Assembly (NCBI GenBank): GCA_028023455.1 | Contig: JAQFVV010000004.1 | Span: 2,914,001-2,978,000 of the forward strand | Direction: 5' to 3' | DNA: 64,000 bases | DNA from: Epiperipatus broadwayi | Taxonomy: Eukaryota; Animalia; Onychophora | Shown: positions 52,351-64,000 of the stretch, piece by piece | How the letters are laid out: every line of letters begins with the position of its first letter | Numbering within the stretch: the first letter of the stretch is position 1 | Program-made: the position numbers and the translations under genes | The notes under the pieces: model-generated | Database searches by the model: none | Told to the model about the DNA's origin: nothing | What the model saw: only the letters and a program-made list of their open reading frames with translations

Positions 52351-53581
52351 AGTAATGTTTTAGAATTTATGTTTTCAGCTAGTCTGTTTGAGTTTTGAAT
52401 TTGGGGTAATTTTTATTATATATACACACACACTATAAGTGTCAAAACAATTTAAAGTTAATGGGTGTTAACTAGCTATCTTTTCTACATTGTTTTAAAC
52501 CTATCTATAACCTTATATTATTATTTGTGGTGGATTGAAACTTCCCTTTTTGCCACTGCTACAATTTTAGCATATTAATTTTTTAAAAACTTAAAAATAT
52601 CAGCATTATATTGGTATTTTTGTATGATTGACAGTACCCTATTGTTATGACAAAGCTACGAAGGAGGTGGCTCATTTCTGATTGGGTGTGTTTTAGCATG
52701 AGGGTAAATTATTAAATATTGTAGAAAAAATATAATTGTTTTACAATTAATGATTACGATGTAATTGTTTTGTAAAATACTTATTTTTAAACCAAAAACT
52801 ATATCACTATTAAGAGATAAATTATTTTTACTTTTTAGTAATAAAGAAAGTGATTTTTGTTTTCTTAAATACTGAAATTACTGCTTAAACTAATATGATA
52901 TTATAAATATACATTTTATCGATGATATTCAGTATATTTCTTTATGCAATAAATAAGCAATTCTTAATTCAAATTAATGATTATAATAAGTTGTACACTA
53001 TATATAAATAATTTACATTTGATTAGTATAATCTTCAAATTTTAGGCATAACAAGCAATGTCTGATACATATATAGTTAACTATAGGTCACCATAAAAAC
53101 CTGTGCAATTTTCCTGGAAGTTCCAAACTTGACCAGCACAGAGACAGTTAATAACTGCCTTTCTTCTTTACTTTATATTACAGTTAAACTCAACTTAGTA
53201 GTCATATATATATTAAAAAATATTATTTTTATTTCTTAATCCATAAATATAAGATTATAAATGTAATTCAAGATAAAATATGTTTTCTGTGTTTAAAAGA
53301 TTATTACAATTATTGTTATTTAACTTGTTCTACACCAAACTACAAGTTTCTATTTTGATAGGAACTAGAAAGTATTTTGCTAACATTCCTCCTTTTTTGA
53401 ATAATTTATTTTTACAATTAAACCTTGCCATTATTTATTACAAATGTAAACTTTCAAATGATAAGTAGTTTAAAAGTTAATATTTGACATTTTAAAAATA
53501 TGGTAATAAATATCAAAATGAAGTTTTTATCTATAACAATGGTGTTCAATGTCAGCAGATGTAATTTAACTATTCAAATAG

Positions 53582-53685
53582 TTTTTTTTTCATGTGTCAA
53601 AGCATCAGCCGGAAAGTGAACCCATGAACCCAGGACAACTGCTTGTTAGGCAGTTGTGCTGACCACTCGGCCACCAATGCTTGAC
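53582..53685 (-). mobile_element. tRNA-Gly-derived SINE, copy 7
   Basis: Family sequence; TSD CTATTCAAATAGTT. Confidence 0.9.
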
Positions 53686-56171
53686 ATCTATTCAAATAGT
53701 TAGAAAAAAAATTAGATATTTGAATTTTATGTTATTAAAAAGAGAAAGTATAGGGTTAGTTATCACAAAATAAATAAATAGCTAGTATATTATATATCAT
53801 TATTAAAAAAATTTAAAATATTTTTTTACTATTACAACAAAAGTGATTTTATTTTACCCAGCAGAAACTGTTTCCTCTTGCCATAACAAACTTTTTAAAT
53901 TGTTTTCAAAGACAATCTCCTATTAGTGAGATAATTTTTAGTTTAAAAATAAGTCTTAATTACAAAAATATTGCATTATAATCTTTTATTTATAAATAAA
54001 TGATCAAAAACTGCAATTTATCTTTAGAAAACTAAATTATTCTGCTGCTTATCCTTGAGCTAAAATACAGCCAATCAGAAATCCTCATTTCTACTGACTT
54101 CTAGACCACCTCACTTGCAGTTTTATCATGCTAATAGTGTATGTACTGTCCATGCAAAATGTCCATATAATGCTAACATCTTCAGATTTATTTCCAACTA
54201 TTACATTAAAATTGTAACTGTAGGAAAACAGAATATGTACACCATACTATAAGGTTATAGATAGGATTATAATAATGTAGATAAGATATAGTGTCATAAT
54301 AATTGCAAAATTTGTGTAAAATTACAGCTACTGTGATTCTATTCATTAACTTACATTTTATAATAAAATAATAATAATAATAATTTTTTAATTAAAATTT
54401 TTCTTTAACTCTTTAAGTAGAAACATATTGAAAACAAGATTTATTATTGAATGTTCATCAAATTATAATCTTTATTTTGACAAACATATTTTTTTTATTT
54501 AGTTATATTAAAAATTTTAGACTTTTTCCAATCAAAATAATGAATTAATAGAGAGATATTTTTATTTACTTTTATATAGTTTACAGTATTTAAAAAATAT
54601 CATTAACTAGTGTTATTTAATTAATTGTTTTTTAAATCATTCTCAAGTTTATTTTAAATATTTATATACATAAGTTTTACCTTTATTTTTTCTTTTATTT
54701 TAAATTTTAAGTATACGTATATGAACACACACACCTTATCAAGAATTAAACATTCACCATGTTGTGTGACTTGAGACACTCCATCTTATTATTCCTTTTT
54801 TTTTGGAAAATGGGGAAAAAAGAAATAAAACCTATTACAAGTAATTAATGCATTGTATGTACATATATAGTGACCTGCAACCCTGGAGTATACAAAGCAT
54901 CCAATCATTGAAAATGTAATTACACAATGCAGCAAATACAAACTAGGATATCTATTTCAATTTAAATAGTCTAAGCTATCTAAATTCTAAATCTAAGTAA
55001 TGGTGAAAATTTTAAAATCTCTATTGTTCATGAAGATTTAAGACTTAATGATTGATTCTGATAAAATATATGAAAATGTGGATTCTAAAAGTAAATACAA
55101 TCACACATCTCAATCTTAAGTTAATGCAAAATCTTCCATCCATCATCACCTATCTAAAAATATAGTTAAGCAAACTCCAATAAAGAAAAGCTCCATTCAA
55201 TGTAGAAGAATCTTTCTTCTTATATTTCCTTTTAAATATGAACCCTCTTTAGAGCACAGCATCATCACTCCTGTGATATATTCCATTAATAAATTAAATT
55301 TGATTTTATATTTTACATGGGTTCTTGTTTCTCATGTAGAAAGTTATATTCAAGTTTCCAATTGGGTAGCTATTTTAAAACACTGGCCACAATGAATCAA
55401 TTACCATTAGAACCACTACTGGATTGTTGTGTGAAACAGAATAGGGAAGAACCAGTAATATGATCAGCAGTAGCAAACTATAAGTCAAAAGTAATAAATA
55501 AATAATGGTAGCTGTTGAAGGTAATCAGATAGTCTCATGCTGTGAACAATTTTAACTATATCAAATTATATTCAATAATATGCTAACTATAAATATTGGC
55601 AATCTTTGCTTGTAATCATAACCAGAAGTATAAATAATAAATCAGTACCATTATCAGTATTCATAATACAATCAGTAGCATAATCCAACTAAACACAAAT
55701 ATAAATAAAATCAATCTTTACTACTTTTCACTTGTACTGCAAGAAGTGAAATATAGAAGGGAAAGATAAAATATATGTTACTGAAGCAAAAGGAAAGTTT
55801 TATCCAAAACTACATAATGATGACCCAGCAGATCATTATTGATGGGTTGAACACCTCGGTATTAAGTAATGATTAATTAAAGTTATTTTTGTGAGTAAAT
55901 CCATAATCCTGTAAAATAATATATTTATATATGCTTACACTAAACATATTTTATTTCTTAATAATATTAAATAATTTCCTTTCTATATAAAACTTACTCT
56001 AATATAATTTCACAACACAAAGTTAAGATTGAACACTATTAATAAATTTTAATCATATATATAAAAAAAACTTTTTTCAAAAATAAAGAGATCAAATTCA
56101 TTATCCACTTCCAGAGGCAATACCTTGTCACTGAAACGATAACATTCTGTCTTCAACAATTGTTTTCATAC

Positions 56172-56284
56172 TTTTTCCCCCTATGTCATAGCATTGGCCG
56201 GGAGGTGAACCCACAACAACCGTCTGAAACCAACTGCTTGCTTGCAAGGCGGCTGCGCTGACCTCTCGGCTAACAATGCTCAAC
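56172..56284 (-). mobile_element. tRNA-Gly-derived SINE, copy 8 (long subfamily)
   Basis: Family sequence; TSD TTGTTTTC(A/G)TACTTT. Confidence 0.85.
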
Positions 56285-56339
56285 TTGTTTTCGTACTTTC
56301 ATGTGAAAAATATCTGATTTTACTAATCACATTCTAAAG

Positions 56340-57700
56340 ATAGGACATTCTTGACTTGCCTCTCAATTTTTTTACCAAAATTTTACCTTCTAAAATATTT
56401 GGTAAAAATTATCATGTCTTGAAACATGCTACAAAAGAATTTAATTTTTCACAATTTTATTATATTAAGCTGATCTCTTTTCCTTTGCTATTTAAATATT
56501 TGATTATTAATATTCTTTTCCATTCAATTTATTCTAGCTAAGTCTCCAAAGCCACATTTTTATTCTTGCTAATATTGTTCCTTCCTGATTTTGTCAAAGA
56601 TCTAATCTCACATCATATGTCAGTATACTCCAAATGAAAGTTCTAATCAATCTCATTCCCTTTTTCATATCAATATATTTATTTAATAGCAAAGTTTTTG
56701 AAAAACACATTTTGCTCAAATTATCATTCATCTAATTTCTACAAGACATCTGTGATTATCATAAATTATACTCCCCAGATAATAAAATTCCTTAACTTGT
56801 TTTTAACATATTATTTATCCATTCTGTTTATTCATCACCACCATCTTAGTCTTATTAATATTTATTTTTAATTTAAAAAATTACATAAGCATCTATTCAA
56901 CATCCATATCAGTTTATTCATTTCTTTTTCTAAAATTGCAATTAATATTATTTCTTCTGCATAAGGAATACTATGATTATGCCTACCATTATTTTTAATT
57001 TCTTTAGTTTTTTTAAAAATTATTATTATATTCTCAATAAATAAATTGAATAAGTAGGGTAAAAATTGGCAGCCTTCCTTCAACCCTCTATTTATGTTAG
57101 TATTACTTTTACAACTATAATTATGTCTGTATTTTGACATTTATATAAATTCAAAACTAACCATTATCTTTCCAATCAAGATCTACATTCTTCATCATTG
57201 CAAATAACCTTTCTCTGGTCACTGAAACGATAACATTCTGTAACTGATCTTCATCCAAATTCGTATCTACTTTGGTATTCTATTTTTAACTACTATGAAT
57301 AAAATGTTAGAGGTATGAAATAATACAATTATGGTTTATAATATGCATGACCATTTGTATTACCTTTTTTGAAAATGGATATTGATGGAATTATTCCTTC
57401 TTCATAATCTTATCTTATAGTCTATTTTTTACAATATCTCTACAATTTTTAAAAAGTTCAATTGGAATGGTATCCACACCAGTTGTCTTATTGGCCCATC
57501 CTTATTGGCCCAATAATCAAATTCTTTTTTGTGTTACACAATTCCTTTCTCATTCTCATTAATCATTTTTTCAATCTCACATCCGTCACTATTTCTTCTT
57601 TAAGCAAATCTCCAATATATTTTTTTTCAGTACTCACAATTTCCTGTTTTCAAAAAGTATTTTATCTTATTTATTCTTAACAATATTACTAAGTATTCTC
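56340..57700 (-). mobile_element. RTE-clade LINE RT remnant with internal deletion
   Basis: GVDTIPIELFK, IFKKG, NLDEDQ, DLDWKD, RGLKEGCQFLPYLFNLFIE, PYAEEIILIA, ILEGKILVKKLRG. Confidence 0.85.
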
Positions 57701-59046
57701 TCTTTATAATTCAACATTTTGATTTTTTTAAACTATTATGTTGTTTTCAAATGGCATCTACTAAATGTAATTAAAACTAATCTTAAATAAAAGGATAAAC
57801 TCTCCCTTTCTGTTAATTGTATTTAATGTAAACCTAATTTTTTTAATATATAAAGATTCTTTTATCATTCTTCTATTTTTTGCATTTTCTATAATTTTTA
57901 TATGAAAATTTATATGTTCGTATGAGAGTAGGAAATTGTTTAAAAATTATTTTTCTAATGGTAATTTTCTATTTAATTCACTCTGTTCTATTACATCAAA
58001 TTATTACAAACAGCATTCAAGTGTATCAGTGTTATGAAATAGTGTGGAGAGTGGACATGTGAAAGTCTGTGCTTATATATCCTATATATTACAAACAGCA
58101 TTGTAAATAACATGAACATAGAATGCTAAATTTAAATTATGATTATTTTGTTTGCCATTATGGATGTAGTCTAATCTTGAAGTGTTAATTAATAAATCAA
58201 TATTTTATTCATCTGAATAACATAAATCTGGGTATTGATTTTCACCACAGAAATTAGAAAATAAAGACAAATGATTTTGTTAAATGATTTGATAATATGA
58301 GATAATGATGGTAATTTTTTTTCATGTAGAATAGCATAATTTTACACATGCACAAAAAAAATGGACATATGAACTCACATATATTATTCCATTTATTATA
58401 TCACATTTATATAGATATAAGTTCATAAACTGAAATACCTATTTAAAGACTTGTAACAATAATAGTTATAAAAAAAATCAACGAATTTGACTTGAGATGT
58501 TTCAGAAAAACTTACTCATAATGAATTATAAATATGATAAAATTGAAAGATTTCATATCTTTCAACAAAATTATTGTCATGACTGGTAAGGCAAACAACC
58601 CCAAGACCTCTTAAACACTTCACACCTTAATAAAATGTCCTTCAGGTGTAATAAAGTATATTAAATAAACAGCATACTCCATCTCATAATAAATAAAAAC
58701 ACGAGAACTATTAGGTTAAAACAATGAGAGTAATTTTCATTTGTTCAACATGAATTTAAAAATTAATCATCAAAATTACAACTTATTGGAAAAGATTTTA
58801 TGTAAAGACAATCTCTGTGCATAAAAAAAAGTCAGCAATTTATTACAGTTGATTAATATATTTTTAAACATTTTGTTTCCATTTAATAATCAAATGAAAA
58901 TAATTCTAAAAACAAATTCTTTAAATAACCTTAAATCAAATAGCATTAAACTTTAAAATCAGCATTAATAATTACTACATTTTTTTAGACATTATTATTT
59001 CTTGAAAAAAATGGATAATTTAAACTTTTTCATGTCAAGACTCATC

Positions 59047-59160
59047 TCAAGCATTAGTAGCTGAGAGGTCAGTGCGGCTGCCTTGCAAGTAAGCAGTTGC
59101 TTGCAGACAGTTGTTGTGGGTTTGCTTCTCAGCTGATGCTTTGACATATGGAAAAAAAAA
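59047..59160 (+). mobile_element. tRNA-Gly-derived SINE, copy 9 (long subfamily)
   Basis: TCAAGCATTAGTAGCTGAGAGGTCAGTGCGGCTGCCTTGCAAGTAAGCAGTTG...GCTGATGCTTTGACATATGG plus A9. Confidence 0.85.
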
Positions 59161-59711
59161 GATTCATCTTAAGAATAAATATCTAAAACGTCTTAATATA
59201 AAGTGTTATAATTAAAATTATGGAGTTCCTTGATCTATTTCTCAAATCTAACATCACTGAAACACAAAGTTATTTTATTAAAAGTAATCGACAACTTTTA
59301 ATATTTTTTTAACTTTTTTTATTCTTATTGATATGCCTTTTTAAATATTTAAACTATTAAGCTCAAGTTTACTTTGAGATCTTTATCAAAATTGTCTATA
59401 TTCAAACCATTGTTACATTTTGATTTACAAGTGACAAACGTATTCCATCCACAATTTTGATACCATTTACTTCAGATAAATACAGTATTTACTAAACTAG
59501 AGATTGTCTCTAGCACAGATATAAACTTTAAACTTGAGTTAGAAAGGTTCCAAATTAATCCACAATCGCTGACTAATAAATCTAATCATCCTCAGTAAAA
59601 TGTTATAATATAATTTATTGCTTTATTATGCTTACACTTAATTTAGAGTGTATAAGCTATGAAATAAATGATTAAAAAAATAAGACAAAGATAAATAATT
59701 GAATATATATA

Positions 59712-60669
59712 CACCTGGGTCTTATTTTATGCGATAGATAGGTTCCTCAGAAAACATGCGCAAACAAAATTGTGCAAAAATAGATGTAACTTACCTTGAA
59801 AAAGGAGGGATACGGACTGTGATTTTTCAAAAATCGCATAAAAGCAAAGCACCAACATAAAATTACTTTAAAATTCATGCAAAAAAAAAATAAGGAAATA
59901 AAATATGACTAATAAAAAATTTCAAATTTGAAAAAAATTGGTACAAGACAAACTTTTTGTAACTATAATATTTAACTTTATTCAAAACAATATATTTTTA
60001 TGCATAATTTACAGTAATTTACATTTTTTTATACACATTTTAATTATTATCACTATTTGCCGATAAACAGGTTCGTTTGCAAACTGGTAAAAAATCAGAT
60101 TCTTCTCAAGAGAAAATACAACTAGCACCAATGTCACTCTCACGTTATGTTAATGGTTTTCTGGTGACAATGTAATTAGTAATTAATCTAACAACTAAAA
60201 ATTAAATTCTTATTTTTGTCTTTAATTTTTTAATTTTCAATTTTAATTGTGCCCATTGCTATTACTCACCTTTTAAAAATAAACTTGCGGACACTAAATC
60301 ACTAATAATTGATTACGTTCTTTTTTAAAAAGCAAAAACAGAATGTGATTTAAAATGCAAAATTAACACGCACAATGTTTGAACAAATTTACATTATAAT
60401 CTTGTAAAATTTAATGTGTGTATACATAAAATGTGGAAATCATGATTTTAATTTTATTATTGCATAAAATCTTACTATTATAAAGTACTGAAAATATTGA
60501 AATTACTAAGATGAAAGTCGAATTCCAATAATGTGCTATTACTTTTAATATATGTGAAATTTATTATTTAAAGTAATAGCGCATTATCAGAGTTCGACTT
60601 CTGGAGAAATGTGAATCGCGTAACTTCAAAATTGCGTTAAATAAATCCGCGTAAAAAAAGACCCAGGTG
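59712..60669. mobile_element. Non-autonomous TIR DNA transposon (958 bp), TA/TATA flanks
   Basis: CACCTGGGTCTTATTTTATGCG versus reverse complement CACCTGGGTCTTTTTTTACGCG. TATA on both sides; no ORF; CpGs retained. Confidence 0.85.
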
Positions 60670-60834
60670 TATATAAATTGTTTTAAAGCTAATGTATTTA
60701 TGAATTTAAAAAAATTTCATAAAGAAAAACAGAAATGCAATAAACATTAATATCTTCAACGTGATGAACTAAATAAACCCACATATACCCACAAGATGCT
60801 ACAATATAATTTCATTAAAACTAGATGTGAATAT

Positions 60835-61345
60835 ATATATAAAAGACATATTTTGCGGGTTCATCCATGTTAAAAATTTTAAATATTGATATACTGACAT
60901 TTTGACTTGGTCACAGAAGTCATCCACTGGGTGATAAAAGTTAGAAAGACAGTTGTAGAGGTGCTACAATCACTGATTTGAATAAACGCTAAAGTTCCAC
61001 CAATAGCAAAAATGTTAAATTTAAGAATGTTTTTTAAAAAAAACTTTCCAAATAGAGGAAGTTTTCATGTATCATCTCGATTATTGATACAATCTGTCCT
61101 TTTAAGTATCTCAATGGCTTCTCTAATTTTGCATTGGTAGAGATTATCACATCTGGATATGATCCTGGTACTAGAAAAATCAATTTTATGACCTGAATCT
61201 ATAGTATGGAGTGAGAGTGCTGATGATGATGAGTGTTGTTTAACTGCATTAGCATGCTTATCTCTCCTAACACTGATGCGATGATTACTCATACCTATGT
61301 AAGAAGCTTTACAATTTTTACATGAGATTTGATAAACACCATGAG
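60835..61345 (-). mobile_element. Penelope-like 3-prime fragment: GIY-YIG endonuclease plus family P terminus
   Basis: HGVYQISCKNCKASYIGMSNHRISVRRDKH...HTIDSGHKIDF...KIREAIEI...IN (ORF 61065-61292 plus upstream). The 3-prime UTR is the same sequence family as 25860-26305. Confidence 0.9.
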
Positions 61346-62299
61346 ATTAATCATCTGTTATGCAGGTAAATAAATAATAAATTAAGTTATAATCGAGATA
61401 GTTAAATAAAATATCAAATAGAATTAGTGACACTGTTATAATACATTATGTGAATTATTAAAAATTAATTTTAAATATTAAAAAAATATAACACAAAAAG
61501 TATTAAAAAAGTATATTTAATGATCCTAAACTAATGGTAAAAAAAGTTAAATGTCAGTCAAGATTTTAAAATTTATACGAATATTATCAAAGTAAAAAAG
61601 AGAACTGAGCATTTTTATAAAGCATAGCTAAATGTCAAAATAACTTGTAAATATTTATAGAAAATGAAAACTTTCGTTTAAAAAAATAATAATAGGAAAC
61701 GCAATTCATTCAATATTTAAAAGATGGTTTTTAACTTTTCCACAGTTCAGTTACTAGCACTCTTTCTCTTCATCTACCTATCAAATTAGCCATCAGCTGA
61801 TGTTACGGTTTGCTGCCAAAGGTGTCGGTTATGCCCCATGCACTATTAATGTTATTGTTTTCATACCACAAACAGCATTTACAATTCTACTCTAACTATC
61901 TCACAAATGCAGGAGTTTTTCTGTATTATGAAAAAGCTGTCTACAATTTTCAAAGTAATAGCAAAAGATATTGACCAGGAAAGACTAGATTTTTACATTA
62001 CTAATGGTATTAAAACAAAAACATGGCAGGAGATGATAACAAGGAATATGGCTGAGGAGAAATTAATGGTCTAAAAAAATCAGTTCACAGTGCAAGAAAT
62101 GAAACATTAGTTTAGCGAATTTACCACAACTTTTTCTTTTTTGATAAAAATAATTTACACGTGACAGTAATTTGCAAAGTGATTTCCTGCATATTTAAAA
62201 AAAAAAAACAACAACAGAAACTTAAAATATTTGTTTATTATTTATAATGGCTTACTGCTGATAAGGAAAAATACTAACCAATAATAAAATATAAAATGG

Positions 62300-62470
62300 A
62301 ATCAAGGGAAATAGAATTATAATTACTTTAATCAAAATTTATAATTAATTTGTATATAGTTAAATAATTTATAAGTCCAAATAAATCAAGGGAAATAGAA
62401 ATATAATTACTTAGATCAAAATTTATAGTTAATTTGTATACATTTAGTTAAATAAGTTATAAATCCAAAT
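62300..62470. repeat. Diverged tandem duplication, ~85-bp unit x2
   Basis: AATCAAGGGAAATAGAA...ATAA(G/A)TCCAAAT occurs twice. Confidence 0.85.
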
Positions 62471-62851
62471 AAAGGTTGCAAACAATTATATTTAGTTAAA
62501 CTATGAGTGTGTGTATATATATCGTTTTCATTAAACTATGAGTGTGTATCGTTTTCAATCATTTTAAAACCAGTTCAGGATTAAAATTACTCCAATATCA
62601 ATCGACTTTTTGCTTCTCTTTTCTACATCTCAAATATCTATTTCACAACTGATATCTTTTTAGGTGTTCACACTTTTTTGGTATTCCCATTTAGGATTTA
62701 GTTGTCAAATAGAAGAATTGCGGTGGAGGTGGGTGGGACTTAGTTGTTGTGCATAAGCACGTGGAAATGAAAAATGAAACATCAAATATTTGTTAAAAAA
62801 TTTAGCCATAAAAGAAATTTGTACTAATTTTTAATTTTACTGTAATGTCAA

Positions 62852-62923
62852 GCGTTGGTAGCCTAGCGTTTAGCATAGCTGCCTTCCAAGCAGCTGGTCC
62901 GGGTTCGCTTCCCGGTCCACGCA
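62852..62923 (+). tRNA. tRNA-Gly(TCC)-like gene, probably a pseudogene
   Basis: GCGTTGG..GCTGC-CTTCCAA-GCAGC..CCGGG-TTCGCTT-CCCGG-TCCACGCA. Anticodon and T stems are perfect. One acceptor mismatch, disrupted D arm (no GG), T-loop A>C, only TTT downstream. Confidence 0.7.
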
Positions 62924-63002
62924 TTTACAGCGCTGGCTACATATGTAATATAAAGAAGGAAACATCTCCAGCCATGTGCCTTTTTACGAATTTACATGCA
63001 CT

Positions 63003-63650
63003 TGCTATATAAATAGATTTCAGTAAAATTCAATTTTCACTATTTATTTTTAATCACACGTTGTTAAAATTAATTACACGTTGTTAAAAATGAAATCCTA
63101 TCTCTGTCCTGCTACAGAATGAATAAGTTTGTACAAAAATCCAGGTACACAGCATGGTGAGGAAAGGTTGGTTTCTATAATGTTAGGTTTTTAAGCATAA
63201 GCAGACCACTTATGCTTTTTAAATTGATGCTCATGGTGAGAGCATATAAATTCATAAAAAATGCATGAATAGAGATTTGTTACTTTTTTTAATATTTCAT
63301 ACATAGTCAGCACTATATAAATAGATTATTTATTACAGTAAAATTTAAAATTCACAATTTATTTCTATTGCATGTGTTTAAAAATGAGATTCTATTCCTC
63401 TCCTGCTAAAGAATGAATATGTTTGTACAATTCATTTATTAAGTTATAATTCAAGCATACAATAGATTAAAACCCTTATCGCAGCATGGTGAGCAAAAGT
63501 TGGCTTGTATAATGATAAGTTTTAAGCATAAGTGGACCATTTATGCTTTTTAAACTGTTGGTCATGGGTGAGTGTGTATAAATTTATAAAAATCCCATGA
63601 TCAGAGGTTTGTTACCTTCTTTATAACAATATTTTTTATAAATAGATGAT
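63003..63650. repeat. Diverged tandem duplication (~310-340 bp x2) with internal palindrome; related copy near 38630-38800
   Basis: Shared blocks CCTGCTA.AGAATGAATA.GTTTGTACAA, CAGCATGGTGAG, AAGCATAAG...TTATGCTT, AGAG.TTTGTTAC. Confidence 0.8.
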
Positions 63651-64000
63651 TATATATATATAATAATAGATTTCATTGCATTGACAAATATTTAACACTT
63701 GAAATAATAAACATCCGAGTACTGCTATATTAATGCAATACTTCTAGTGTCAAGGACAATCACATAACAAATGAAAAAATAAATCTTTTTTATATAGCTT
63801 AAGCTCTTGCATCAATCAGTTTTGGATCAAATTCATTCATTTTATTTTATATTCCTGTTTACTTCGGCCAACAATTTTCTAATATGATATTTTCTATCAT
63901 AATACTCATTTTATTTTTAAATTCAAATACTATTTTTTACTTCTATTAATCAAACAGACAAACTATATTTATTAATAAGTAGAGATAATTTTTTTATATA

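Noticed and set aside
55200-55900. Degenerate membrane-protein pseudogene on the minus strand
   Set aside because: Frequent stops in all frames and no family motif recognised.
1-64000. CRISPR array or prokaryotic operon
   Set aside because: No regularly spaced repeat-spacer units. Low gene density and eukaryotic transposons indicate a eukaryotic genome.

Overview
This is a very AT-rich, CpG-poor eukaryotic (probably invertebrate) non-coding region, dominated by decayed transposable elements. I could not identify an intact protein-coding gene. Supported content: (1) a tRNA-Gly-derived SINE (9 copies, several with 13-18 bp TSDs) plus a tRNA-Gly(TCC)-like locus; (2) a full-span hAT/Charlie-type element (24122-28502) with TIRs, a degenerate 8-bp TSD and nested insertions; (3) an internally deleted Chapaev3-like transposase and a piggyBac remnant; (4) several MITE/foldback elements; (5) RTE-clade LINE fragments and a comparatively young, GC-rich L1/Tx1-like LINE; (6) many Penelope-like (GIY-YIG) fragments. 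The most notable signal is a dense set of minimal type I hammerhead ribozyme motifs, about 15-18 intact or decayed, from at least five unrelated repeat families. These include non-coding families, one with a tRNA-Lys head and a hammerhead tail, and a ~350-bp tandem array. Other oddities are a ~750-bp near-perfect hairpin and a 24-bp templated insertion at a LINE deletion junction. All calls come from manual reading; no searches or folding programs were run.
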